From the NCBI GenBank assembly GCA_950097015.1, contig CATNEN010000003.1, forward strand, positions 7,130,001 through 7,194,000: a stretch of DNA of 64,000 nt, in the 5' to 3' direction. Shown here in pieces: positions 34,409 through 47,700 of the stretch. Every line of letters begins with the position of its first letter. The first letter of the stretch is position 1. The DNA is from Macrostomum hystrix. Lineage: Eukaryota > Animalia > Platyhelminthes. The notes under the pieces were generated by a model. It had not been told where the DNA came from and made no database searches. It saw nothing but the letters and a program-made list of their open reading frames with translations. A program made the translations under genes and the position numbers.

Positions 34409-35133
34409 GGCACTCGCAGAGGGCCCCAGACGTCAGGACTTGGTCTTGTTTGACATCCCAGATACCAGCAACAAGCATTGTGCCAGTAACATCCTCATTT
34501 CCGTCAGCGTTGTTTGGTTCGCCTGACGACAACCAGAAGCTGGAGTTGAAGGGAATGTTGCAGGTCACCCAGTTCCAGCCTCCAGCTGGCTCCGGACTTC
34601 CAGGAGTTTGGAAACCGTCTAGGAAGAATCCTACAGAAAGCTGGTGAACAGGGAGTTGACAACATTCAGCTCAGCAACGGTTGTCACGTTGGCCATGATC
34701 ACCAGACCGCTCTCCGACCCGCACTTCTGCCTGTTCACTGACCAGGTCCCAGTGCCAGAGTACAGCTTGTATTTCACTCCGCACAGGTCGTCTCCAGCCG
34801 GACACAGCTGGCCAGCCTCGAGTCCCGGCTGCTGCTTCACAAACACCTGGCCTCTCCTGGAGCAGCTGCAGTTCCTCACCGACTTGCTGCAGTTGTCGAA
34901 CACGAACAGCTGACACGGACCGTCAGCCATGGTGAAGGCCTGGCAGCGCTGGTTTACGTAGCAGATGAGTGCGCAAAATGACATGGAGCTGGCAGTGCAC
35001 GTCAGAACGGACTGTTGATGCAGAGGTAGCCATCTATGCCGAAAAAAACATTTGAGATGCCGTTTCCACAGGTAAGACAAGCCATGCAGCTTAACACAAT
35101 AACCTTCAGCACGCTAAACAACTGGTTGGCCAT
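34380..35133 (-). pseudogene. PAN/apple + C-type lectin (EPN type), intronless, two -1 frameshifts (pseudogene or assembly error)
   Basis: Signal MANQLFSVLKVIVLSCMACLTCG; PAN-like CALICYVNQRCQAF..CQLF; CTLD W...R.KC...A.V....E, FFLDG, WNW, FW..GEPNN..GNED, WDV, ALCE. Frameshifts lie in T-runs at about 35045 and 34639. Confidence 0.7.
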
Positions 35134-35723
35134 AGTGATCTAACTTGTTTAGACCTTTTTAGGATCTTTTTAGGTCAGGGCAAAGTGACCCTGATCGTAA
35201 AATTAACAAACTGTTGACTGTTGTCACTCCGACGGTAGAATATATCTTAACGCACGTAAAGCTGATTGGCTAGCTTCTATTTCTGTCATCAAAAGCGTTA
35301 AAAAAGCCGGAAAGTTCTACGTGTTTTGGCCAGTATTTGTTGGCGGTCGACTCTAGCTTTCAGCGGTGAAAAAATATGACGAATAATGACTTAAGAGACG
35401 TTTGAAGTTGTCGATCATTGTAAAAATTATGACTGCATTTATTAAATTTTAGTAGCGTTTTGTGAATGCAAAATATGGCGCAGAAAACAGAGCATGGTAA
35501 CTAGCCTGCAATGCAGACGAGAAAAAGTGCCCATAAATCATTTTAGCTGAGGCTGACTTTCTGGTTGCCGTGTCTACCTGATCAATGTGGAGAGTTGTCA
35601 TTTCAACTGTGCATAAACATATACTATAGTTTTATTTTTACTTTGGACAGTAACTTGATATGAAAAACACCCTATCGTGAATTGCTATTTTAGAGCTAGA
35701 CTCAATTCGAGTCCATAGCAACA

Positions 35724-38700
35724 TCAGCAGTAGCTTTCGGCATAACGGCTTGAGTCAAACTGCGCTGCCTTCAGTACCTGTCTCGTGTTTCCACTGCCAC
35801 AACTGTTGATGGGGTTGAAGAAGATGCAGTTGCTGCTGCTGCTGTTGCTGCTGCTGCTGTTGCTGCTGCTGCTGTTGCTGCTGCTGCTGTTGCTGCTGCT
35901 GCTGTTGCTGCTGCTGCTGTTGCTGCTGCTGCTGTTGCTGTTGCTGCAGATGCTGTTGGACGAGGCTGACTGGACGACGATGTTCAAGACTGTTGAACCA
36001 TCTTTGTCGATCTACAATTTTAAGATTTTTAATTTTAGGATTAAAATTTATATCTGAAAATGTGCCAGTGGCTACTGGATAGTAGTCCTGCACGAAACAA
36101 CAAAAATGAAAATAATAAATGCAAGTTGAGCCAGCGTGCAGGAATGAAATAATCGATTAAGAAAATTTACATACATCCAGTGTTACAGGCGTAGCAACTG
36201 TGCTGCATTTCTAAAGTCTGTGTACAGCAGCTAAGTCCGCGGACTGTGGGGACCCCAACACGGGTGCATTTTAACCTAGCTGATGCTGGTACCCAATTTA
36301 CAGCCAGGTAAACAGAATTCAAGGTCTTGAATATAGGCATAAAACTGTTCCCTCTTGGGTTGAAAATTGAAATACCAACCTTACTCTTATCTTGCTGCCT
36401 TGTAGCATGCTTAAAAACTCTTTTGTTTCTAGCAGGGAGCAAACTAAATAAGAAAAGCTTGCTATTTGGCTTGAATTTAAAGTGCAATCGCCCTAAAGCC
36501 CTCAAAACATGAGCTGAGCAAATATTTAAACCAACGGTTTGAGAGGCTCTTTCATCAAAAATTCAGGTAAAAAAACACAAGCTTCTAACACAAACTGATG
36601 ACACCAAAGGCGTACTTCCGCTCCTCCTTCGCTGCCACCAGCAGCCGCCGCCAACGCGCCGCACCAACTCGGACGATTCTTCGCAATTCGCTCCGTCAGC
36701 CGCTGAAGCACCGCCAGAAGGCGCTGCTGTGGGAGTCGCTGGCGCCTCCGTCTCCTGATCGGCGAGTTGAAGGCTCAGACTGCCTACTGAAGACGCGGTC
36801 TGGGACGATGAGAGGTTGATCGTTTTAGCACATCGGCTTGCTCAATTAGACAAGACAGAATTACCACGGAAGACAGATCAATTAACAGTAGAAAGACACG
36901 GGGGTAATTCAAATACAGGCAGCTTCATCTGTGCAAAGTCTGGTGGAAAAAAAACAACAAAATTGGCAATCGTTTTTCCGCTCACAAATTTTAAAAGATT
37001 AGGTATTAAAACCCCTGCAGCAACTGTGCAAAGTCTTCAATCATGTCCTGTTGATGAAGTTCTAACACAATTAAGATTGGCACTGATGAGTCGCAGTTAG
37101 TTTGTGTTAGGGTGACGTCCAGTAGATAATGCTCCTAACTGAGCAGCAAATGGATCAGACGAGTAGTACAAAGCCTTTGACAAAAATCTTTGAAGCCGCG
37201 CTCCTGGCATTATCCCTAATGCACCGAAGGACATCAAAGTCAATTTGATTACAATTCGATATTATTGTGGTTTTTGAAAGAAGCTCTTCAGCTGAAAAGT
37301 GGATCCAGGACAGGACAGTTTTTTGTCGAAAACGTGTCAAAAATAGTTATCTGCTTTCACTGTTTGACGACTCTAGCTAGTGCTTGCCTTTCTCGAAACT
37401 TAATTTAGAAAGCGATTAACGTAAGTACGAGATAAAAACATTAATAACATTTAATAACATAATAACATTAATAACTCGGAAATAACATTAAGCAATAGTT
37501 TGGTGGCAATGATAAGTACTAGCAATAAATTGTTCGAGCATAATAGGAAATCATCAGCAAATCTAAGAAACGACTTAATTAAACGTTTTTCGTGATTTTC
37601 GTGAAAGTCCACCAAATGGATCAAAATTTTCCACCCTTTACGATGAACTAATTTTCAAAGACTTCGGAGTCAGCATCGTCAAGATATTCAGCGTTTGTTG
37701 TCGAAGACCCTGATGGCAAGGACGAATGCTCTATTTAAACCTCTATGGCAAATCATTAGGGTTCAATAATAAAATAAGTAACAATATAATTAACAATACT
37801 AGCCGACATAGGGTTGATGAAATTTTGTGAGCAGAAAAATTATGCCTACATTGGTGGTTTTGCAACCAGAAACCCCAACGAAAATCGTCGAATACCTTTA
37901 CGATGGCGATGTTTTGTGATCCTGGAAGCTCTTTCGTCGGATTGAGTGGAAAATTTTAGTCCGTATTCTGGACTTTAATGGTCTAGCCCCATGGTCTTTC
38001 TACTGTTAAAGGACATCATATCTTTTGTATAGCGAACGTTAACAGCCTATATTTACCAGCGATGATAAAGTTACTCTTTTGAAAGCTTATTTCATTTTCA
38101 AGCATTTTCAGTAACGGAAACTATGCACTTACCCGACCCATCGCTAGCCTCTCAGCCCTGAAGGCTTGCCTGGGAACTGACAAGTGCGGAAGCTGATGCG
38201 GCAGCTGCAGATGCTGGGCCAGCGGCGAACAGCCGACACTGGCTGACCCAACCAGAGCTGTTGAATCTAAATCCGCGGCACCGCAGCCGCAGCCGCCGAC
38301 GTGCCCGACGCCGATGCCAGAAACTGGTGACGAGGCTAAGTTCATCGGCGCGGTGACGGCACTAGATGACAAATGGTGCCGCCTGCGAAGGCGTCGACAC
38401 CGTCGCCGACGTCCGTCATTGTCGTCAACTTCGATGTCAGCACCAGCAGCTCTGACGTCTCCACGGCCGCCACGCACAGCGCTCAACAGGAAGCCGAGCA
38501 GCAGGCCGAGGACCAGAAGGCAGGAGGCGCCGACGGCCACTGGAAGCAGGAAGCCAACGCCTCCATTGGCTACGGCAACTACCCCGCCACCGCCACCACC
38601 GCCGCCGCCGTCACCTCTGCCAGACTTGGACAACTGGTTGCTGTTGTTGTTGTCGGCATCGTCAGTGTTCTGGCCGTCAGCTCCGACCCTGAGCGAAGCG

Positions 38701-41700
38701 ACACGAAGCAGTCGCAGAGGCAGCAGCAGGCGGCTGGACATGACTCCCGCTGCCACCGCCTGGGATGCAAAGTGAGCACTTCGGTAGCAGCCAGACTGCG
38801 GGTCATCCGAGCCTTCTAGACAGGCGTCCAACTGGAAGGTGACGAGCGAGGCGGAGTCCGCAGTTCCTGGGACGCCCACAGGCGGCTTGGCGAGTCTGAC
38901 CAGTGCGCCGAGGCTGCGCGAAAGGCAACGCGCCAGAGATCGAGCGGCATCAGCAGCTGCACCCGGAGACGCGGCCACCTCCAGCTCAAGAAGCTGCGCA
39001 ACTTCTGGGGACTCTGAGACTGAAGATGACGATTTCAGCATCGTCGCTGACGGAGACTCCGCCACGACACTCCCTGACGACGATCCGAGGTAGACGGTGG
39101 ACTTTAGCGGCGACTGCGACGGTGGCGACTTCAGGTGCGCGCAGTCCCCGCCGTCTAGCAGGCAAGCAGGACTGTCGCAGCCTCGGTCGCAGCTGCCGTC
39201 GGCAAAGTGATCGGCGCAGTACCTGTAAGGGCAGGGATCAGCCGTGGCTGCGGTCACAGCAACTCCCGTAGTCGTCGTCGATAATTTGTCGCGACAGTCG
39301 CCGCCGTCAAACAGGCAGGCCTCGGTATTGCAGACAGTGTTACATTCGCCATCAGCATAGACAACATCGCAGGCGGCGAGGCCGAGCCGCATGGCAGAGC
39401 AGTTGACCCAGGGCCGGGCTCCAAGGCCCCCGCAGTCGCCGCCGTCCCAGTCGCAGGCGGGTGCGCTGCAGCGCTGATCGCAGCGACCGTCTCCGGCCAG
39501 GGAGTCGCAGCCGGCTGCGCGGCATCGCGTGCGCGCCTCCTCGAAGGTCGGGCAGCGCTCCGAGCAGGTCGGACCGCAGAGCCCCGGCTGGCAGTGGCAG
39601 CGGAAGCCGCCAACACTGTCGCGACTCTCTCGACAAACGGACGCCGCGCCGCGGCAGGGCTCGCTGGAGCAGACGGAGCCGGCAAACTGGCATTGCCGAC
39701 CGCTGCGGCCAGGTGGGCAAAGGCAGGTGGCAACACTGGGATCGGCTCTGTCTGGCTGGCATCGACCACCGCCTAGGCAGTTGACTCCGCGGCAAGGATC
39801 GAGTCGACGCTGGCAGAGGGGCCCTACAAAGCCCGGCTTGCAGGCGCAGGTAAAACTGTCCAGACTGCTCGCTCGGCCACGTCGTCGGCAGCTGAGGGTG
39901 CCCTCCGGATCGCAAGGTCCCAGATTGCCGAGGCACTCGCCCGTGTCACCCTGACAGTATGGGCCCTGCATGAGAATTGCGGTTTGGAGATGACTGAGTT
40001 GCAGCCGCAATCAAATCCAGGTGTAAATTAAACTACCGCATGGTCAAACGATTAGTTGATAATTTGGAAGACCAATTTAGCTGAATATAACAAGCTGGTC
40101 GGGTGAGGAATTATCGAGAAGATAATTAGTAATGTCAGGTGGGCTGATAATAATTAGGTGACAAGGTGGAAAGTCAAGGTGGGCTGCAATTAATAATGAG
40201 ATAAGGTGGAATGGCAGGTGGGCTGATAATAAACAGGTGATAAAGGAGAATTGTAATAGCTGATATGTTATTTCTTGTAGTATGATTTACTAATTGACAG
40301 ACTATTTCAGACAGACACTATAAAATAATTTTCCTGACAAGAATACTATTCAAAGCAGAATATTTACGATAATACTCGAACTTTCAAGGGCTATAAGGGG
40401 CCAACTGAAACATGGCAAAACATAACAGTCAGTTAAATATGCACTGCCTAGGTATTGAAATTGATCTTGACTGAGAGCGTATGCTATCTGCTATGAATGA
40501 AAAAAAACTACAAGAAGAATATTGATCGAGAGATCCAGATCTACTTTGCTAGTCAAAGACATGAGGATAATCTACTGCTCACGATCAATTTTCACCAGTT
40601 GCATGCTTTTCTGCTGCACCTGGCTGTATTAAAAGTAAGTTATGAGATAAGATGACAGGTGAGATTAGAGAGCAACGGGTGAGATAAGAAAGGAAGGGCC
40701 AAGAAAAGAAATAATAGGATGGGATGAGAAAGAAAGGGGTGAGATGAGAATGGATGGGGTGAGATGAGAATGGATAGGGCGAGATGAGAATGGATGGGGT
40801 GAGATGAGAATGGATAGGGTGAGATGAGAATGGATGGGTGAGATGAGAATGGATGGGTTAGATGAGAATGGATGGGGTGAGATGAGAATGAATGGGGTGA
40901 GATGAGAATGGATGGGGTGAGATGAGAATGGATGGGGTGAGATGAGAATGGATGGGGTGAGATGAGAATGAATGGGGTGAGATGAGAATGGATGGAGTGA
41001 GATGAGAATGGATAGGTGAGATAAGAATGAATGGGGTGAGATGAGAATGGATGGGGTGAGATGAGAATGAATGGGGTGAGATGAGAATGGATGGGGTGAG
41101 ATGAGAATGGATGGGGTGAGATGAGAATGGATGGGGTGAGATGAGAATGGATGGGGTGAGATGAGAATGGATGGGGTGAGATGAGAATGAATGGGTTAGA
41201 TGAGAATGGATGGGGTGAGATGAGAATGGATGGGGTGAGATGAGAATGGATGGGTTAGATGAGAATGGATGGGGTGAGATGAGAATGGATGGGGTGAGAT
41301 GAGAATGGATAGGGCGAGATGAGAATGGATGGGGTGAGATGAGAATGGATAGGGTGAGATGAGAATGGATGGGTGAGATGAGAATGGATGGGGTGAGATG
41401 AGAATGGATGGGGTGAGATGAGAATGGATAGGGCGAGATGAGAATGGATGGGGTGAGATGAGAATGGATAGGGTGAGATGAGAATGGATGGGTGAGATGA
41501 GAATGGATGGGTGAGATGAGAATGGATGGGTTAGATGAGAATGGATGGGGTGAGATGAGAATGAATGGGGTGAGATGAGAATGGATGGGGTGAGATGAGA
41601 ATGGATGGGGTGAGATGAGAATGGATGGGGTGAGATGAGAATGGATGGGGTGAGATGAGAATGGATGGGTTAGATGAGAATGGATGGGGTGAGATGAGAA

Positions 41701-44700
41701 TGGATGGGGTGAGATGAGAATGGATGGGTTAGATGAGAATGGATGGGGTGAGATGAGAATGAATGGGGTGAGATGAGAATGGATGGGTTAGTTGAGAATG
41801 GATGGGGTGAGATGAGAATGGATGGGGTGAGTTGAGAATGGATGGGGTGAGATGAGAATGGATGGGGTGAGATGAGAATGGATGGGGTGAGATGAGAATG
41901 GATGGGGTGAGATGAGAATGGATGGGGTGAGATGAGAATGGATGGGGTGAGATGAGAATGGATGGGGTGAGATGAGAATGGATGGGGTGAGATGAGAATG
42001 AATGGGGTGAGATGAGAATGGATGGGGTGAGATGAGAATGGATGGGGTGAGATGAGAATGGATGGGGTGAGATGAGAATGGATGGGGTGAGATGAGAATG
42101 GATGGGGTGAGATGAGAATGGATGGGGTGAGATGAGAATGGATGGGGTGAGATGAGAATGGATGGGTGAGATGAGAATGGATGGGTTAGACGAGAATGGA
42201 TGGGGTGAGATGAGAATGGATGGGGTGAGATGAGAATGGATAGGGTGAGATGAGAATGGATGGGTTAGATGAGAATGGATGGGGTGAGATGAGAATGGAT
42301 GGGGTGAGATGAGAATGGATGGGTTAGACGAGAATGGATGGGGTGAGATGAGAATGGATAGGGTGAGATGAGAATGGATGGGGTGAGATGAGAATGGGGT
42401 AATGATACTCAAAGTTTTGTCCTTGAGTCATAAAAGTACGGTCAAGCCCATTGCATAAGTAATTATAAATAAGTAAGTGCCAAGGAAAATGTGACTTTTT
42501 GAGATTGTCAAAATCCTTTAATCCTAGATGAAGGATGCTGACACTAGCTGGGATGTGAAAAGTCGAGCAGTCAAGTGATGAAAAAAATCTAGCTGGGCGT
42601 GACCGTATTGGCGAATTAATTCGATTGGAATATCCCATTGCTGACTATTTTCCATAAATAAAGTATCGAAAAAACTCCTCACGGCTAGAGAATCGATCGA
42701 TTTCTCCAGGGTAGCAACAGCTACGTATTAACAAAAACTATGGATTTTGAAAGCGATAAGAGCCAAGTCAACTTTGACAACTCTCTTATCTTGTGCTCGG
42801 CAAGTCCACGGCAAGCTCACGGTCATGTTCTTGTCGGTGCAGTGTTGCGTGATGATGTTCCGACCTCAAGTTTGTTTCATTCTCTTTCGTCGCGACAGTC
42901 GAAATTAGGGGGTTATTAAGACCCTTTTGGAGCGTAGTTTCCAGGAATTAGCATTTTTCAAATCCTCTTTGACAATTATTTAGTAGCGAAGGCCAGATGA
43001 AAACTTTCTTTCGTTTTTTTCGTGTCACTGCACTTTCAAGCGGAAATACGTACAAAGCCGGAAAGTCTTTAAGACACTGATTTGCAGCTGGGTGTGAAGA
43101 CTAATGGGCTTTGAGGACTGCGGTGGCATGTTAACTTAGCTGCAGGGTGCATTGACAGAGTGTGTTGTTAGGGAATGGGGTGGGTTGTTAGGGATTAGGT
43201 AGGCTGTGAGAGAACGGGTTGGGTTGTTAGGGAATGGGGCGGGTTGTTAAAGAATGGGGTGGGTTGTTAGAGAATGGCGTGGGTTGTTAGAGAATGGGGT
43301 GGGTTGTTAGAGAATGGCGTGGGTTGTTAAAGAATGGGGTGGGTTGTTAGAGAATGGCGTGGGTTGTTAGATAATGGGGTGGGTTGTTAAAAAATAATGG
43401 GGTGGGTTGATAGTGAATGGGGTGGGTTGTTAGAGAACGGGGTGGCTTGTTAGAGAACGGGGTGGGTTGTTAGAGAATGGGGTGGGTTGTTAAATAATGG
43501 GGTGGGTTGTTTGGGAATGGGGTGGGTTGTTAGAGAATGGGGCGGGTTGATAAAGAATTGGGTGGGTTGTTAGGGAATGGGGTGGGTTGTTAGGGAAGCA
43601 GGTTGGCTGTGAGAGAATGGGGTGGGTTGTTAGGGAATGGGGTGGGCTGTTAGAGAATAGGGTGGGTTGTTTAGGAATGGGGTGTGTTGTTAAAAAAGAA
43701 CGGGGTGGGTTGTTAGGGAATGGGGCGGGTTGTTAAAGAATGGGGTGGGTTGTTTGGGAATGGGGTGGGTTGTTTGGGAATGGGGTGGGTTGTTAGAGAA
43801 TAGGGTGGGTTGTGAGGGAATAGGGTGGGTTGTTAGAGAATAGGGTGGGTTGTTAGAGAATGGGGTGGGTTGTGAGGGAATGGGGTGGGTTGTTAGAGAA
43901 AAGGGTGGGTTGTTAGAGAATAGGGTGGGTTGTGAGGGAATGGGGTGGGTTGTTAGAGAATAGGGTGGGTTGTGAGGGAATGGGGTGGGTTGTTAGAGAA
44001 TAGGGTGGGTTGTTAGAGAATAGGGTGGGTTGTGAGGGAATGGGGTGAGTTGTTAGAGAATAGGGTGGGTTGTTAGAGAATAGGGTGGGCTGTTAGGGAA
44101 TGGGATGTGTTGCGACGGAATGTGGTGTGTTGTTAGTAAATGAGCTATTTGGGAAGGCATATAGATACCTAAGTGATTTCCTTAGCATGATAAAAGGCTA
44201 TGGTTGACAGGAATGGCGCCAATTTTCCTAGAAGTTCCGGTGACGGTCGCTTGGCAACGGAGTCTTCTGGACTAAATAATTAGACAGCAGCTATGAAAGC
44301 AGCTAATGGGGTCTGAAAGCATGGACGCACTGACCAAATGGCCACCTGTGCATTTTGACCAGTCGAGTGCGTACATTTTCCTCTGGCATATAAAATCAAT
44401 CAAATGCAATGCATGGGCCTCTCTTTCCAGTAGCATTCACTGATTAATAAATGAATAGCCTTAGCTTTGCTTTTCCTGAATTTTCCTATTCTGCCAATGT
44501 TGTTTTTTGTCGTCATTGCCCTGATCTGCTTGCGGCAATTTTTCTTTAGAAAGAGAAATTCAAACGAACCGATGCGGCTGCGCCTGTTTGGCAAAGAAAA
44601 ATATTTTTCCTATGTCGCCCTGGTGATCAGCTGTGGCTGCTTCAAAGGTTGAAATCTGGATGAGGGACTGATAAAATAAAATCATTTTGCAGGGGGGCTG

Positions 44701-47700
44701 TGCAGGGCAATGACGCATCATTTGAAGAGACAAATCTGTCCTCTTTTAGTACTCCTGAGCACACACTCACACAGGTGTGTACATCTTGTACTTGGAGGTT
44801 GGCCCCACAATTGTGTGAATTGCACGACAAGCCACCAAGCCTTCTCTCCGCGGCTGCGCCCTAAATGAATGTGGCCTCGACGCGGAATCGAGCTCAAGGA
44901 CCTTGGTGCGAAAGACAACCCCCCCCCACAAAAGACTATCAGTATCGCGTACTCACCAGAAAACCTGGCGGACAAATACACCTATAACCTCCGGGCTCGT
45001 CAATACACGTGCCACCGTTGAGACAGGCGGAGTCCAGGGTTGCGTTGCATTCGTTCAAATCAATTTGACAGCGGCTTCCGGCAAAGCCGCGAGGACACTG
45101 ACAGACTGGAAGCTCTCCGGCTTCTAGTTGGAAGCACCGGCCGCCGTTGGGGCACCACGGTTCTAAACCTGCGCTGCATTGGTCGTAGGTTCGCGTCGGG
45201 AACGAGGAAGACTTCGACATAGCTAGCTGACAGAATCGGCCCTCGAATCCAGGATGACAACGACAGGTGAAGCCGTCGGGTGAAGCGGCGTTTGGTGAGC
45301 AGCTGCCGCGGCCGAGGCATGAGCTGGCGGTGCAGTCGTTCAGCGGCTGTTCGCACAACAGTCCGGACCATCCGGGTTGGCAGCTGCAGATGAATGTTTC
45401 CGTGACGGCGTAGCCGGTGCATTTGCCACCGTTGAGACACGGCTGAGCAGAGCAGGGGTCGAGACCGACTGTCAGACTGTTTTGGCAGCGAAAGCCTGTG
45501 GAATTGGATTCGAAACTAAAAAACTGTGAGGCTGTGAGGTGGTGGGTTGTAGGGGTTGGCTGTGAGGTGGTGGGTTGTAGGGGTTGGCTGTGAGGTAGTG
45601 GGTTGTAGGGGTTAGCTGTAAGGTGGTGGGTTGTAGGGGTTGGCTGTGAGGTGGTGGGTTGTAGGGGTTGGCTGTGAGGTGGTGGGTTGTAGGGGTTGGC
45701 TGTGAGGTAGTGGGTTGTAGGGGTTAGCTGTAAGGTGGTGGGTTGTGGGGGTTGGCTGTGAGGTAGTGGGTTGTAGGGGTTAGCTGTAAGGTGGTGGGTT
45801 GTAGGGGTTGGCTGTGAGGTGGTGGGTTGTAGGGGTTGGCTGTGAGGTGCTGGGTTGTAGGGGTTGGCTGTGAGGTGGTGGGTTGTAGGGGTTGGCTGTG
45901 AGGAGGCGGGTTGTAGGGGTTGGCTGTGAGGTGGTGGGTTGTTGGGGTTGGCTGTGAGGTGGTGGGTTGTAGGGGTTGGCTGTGAGGTGGTGGGTTGTAG
46001 GGGTTGGCTGTGAGGTGGTGGGTTGTAGGGGTTGGCTGTGAGGTGCTGGGTTGTAGGGGTTGGCTGTGAGGTGGTGGGTTGTAGGGGTTATCTGTGAGGT
46101 GGTGGGTTGTAGGGGTTGGCTGTGAGGAGGCGGGTTGTAGGGGTTGGCTGTGAGGTGCTGGGTTGTAGGGGTTGGCTGTGAGGTGGTGGGTTGTAGGGGT
46201 TGGCTGTGAGGAGGCGGGTTGTAGGGGTTGGCTGTGAGGTGGTGGGTTGTTGGGGTTGGCTGTGAGGTGGTAAGTTGTAGGGGTTGGCTGTGAGGTGGTG
46301 GGTTGTAGGGGTTGGCTGTGAGGTGGTGGGTTGTTGGGTTTGGCTGTGAGGTGGTGGTTTGTAGGGGTTGGCTGTGATATGAGATTAAGGGGCCTAATTT
46401 ATAAGGGATTGTGAAAGATTGTTTTATACTTCAAACTTTTACCATGGCTTAAATTAACGCCAATAGAACTACTAATTGTCTTAATTTGCAGTCCATTACA
46501 GTTGCTATTTGTTTTACCGGCACAGACACCAGACGCAAGCTAGGATAAAAAGATCCCCAACCAAATGTTCAGAACCCTAAGGCTGCATATGAAAGATTTC
46601 CCTAGAGACGACTCGACAGTTTCATATTTCCACTGGTCGATCTGGTTGGCTTTTAATGAATTGTGCACAAAACTTCTGGCAGGAAAGTTCATGTAAATCT
46701 CTTTCGGGTTTTCCATTTAATTTAATTTCAAATAAATCTAGACTTTTTAACGCTTTAACAAAACTGTATACTTATATACTGGTCTCGTAGAGGCCATAGC
46801 CCCCTGTCCGCGGACTGTACAGTTGTACATTACCTTTGGAAGTATTTGGAGGAATTTCTTCTATATTTCTAGACTAAAATTCGAGGTTTAATCTTAACAG
46901 CCAGAAGCAAGGCAGGGACTATTTCATTTTTCCTACTTATCAGTCTTGTTCTAAAATATAGTCAGCAAAGGATCAGTAAGACAGGACAGTTTTATTTCCA
47001 CCCTCTGTCTGAGAGCCATTTTTCAGTATTTAGCATCGCAAATCTGCCCCAATAGCCTATAAGAGCTGGCAATCTTGCCAAGGATTTTCGCCTATCAATT
47101 ATCTGCAATGCATGAAAACCGGAGCTAGACCAATTTTATCGACCGGTGTTTTTGCAATTTCTTAGCCTAAGATTCTTTCATCACAACGTCCTCCGCTCTT
47201 CCTCTCTCTCTATGTTTATGTCTATTTTCTATTTTCATCAGTCCATTTCCTGCGTTGTCTCATGGCCTATTAGCTAAGACCATAATCCGTGGAGACTGTA
47301 AGAGGAAAAAACTAACTGAAATTTTCCTCAAACAGAACTCCCAAAGGTGCCAAATTAATAGACTTTTTAAGAATCTTTTCTCTCTCTGTATTTCCATTTT
47401 CGGACTAATTTGACGGGCATTTTCTAAGAAATTCCCCTGGAGACTAAGGACGGCTGACGAATTAGATTACAATTTAAGAGTCTAGGTGTACAAGAATTGC
47501 TTTGTCAGTTGCCTAGCTCTCTCTCTCTATATATATATATATTAATCTGTTTGGATCAGCAGAGGTTGTAGCCTAGTGGTTAGGGCGTCGGACTCACGAC
47601 TTGAAGGTCGGGGGTTCGATTCCCGACTCCACTGGAACAATTTGCGTTCTTTAGCAAGACACTTAACTCTGCATTGCTTCAGTTCACCCAGCTGTTAAAT

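Noticed and set aside
35755-36093. Independent poly-Gln (minus) or poly-Leu (plus) protein
   Set aside because: Alternative frames of a CAG-type repeat with no independent gene signals. The frame cannot be settled without cDNA.
38314-39954. Multiple overlapping and antisense ORFs
   Set aside because: Shadow ORFs of a GC-rich exon of the Notch-like gene. The same applies to those over the M13, LMAN1 and Gypsy regions.
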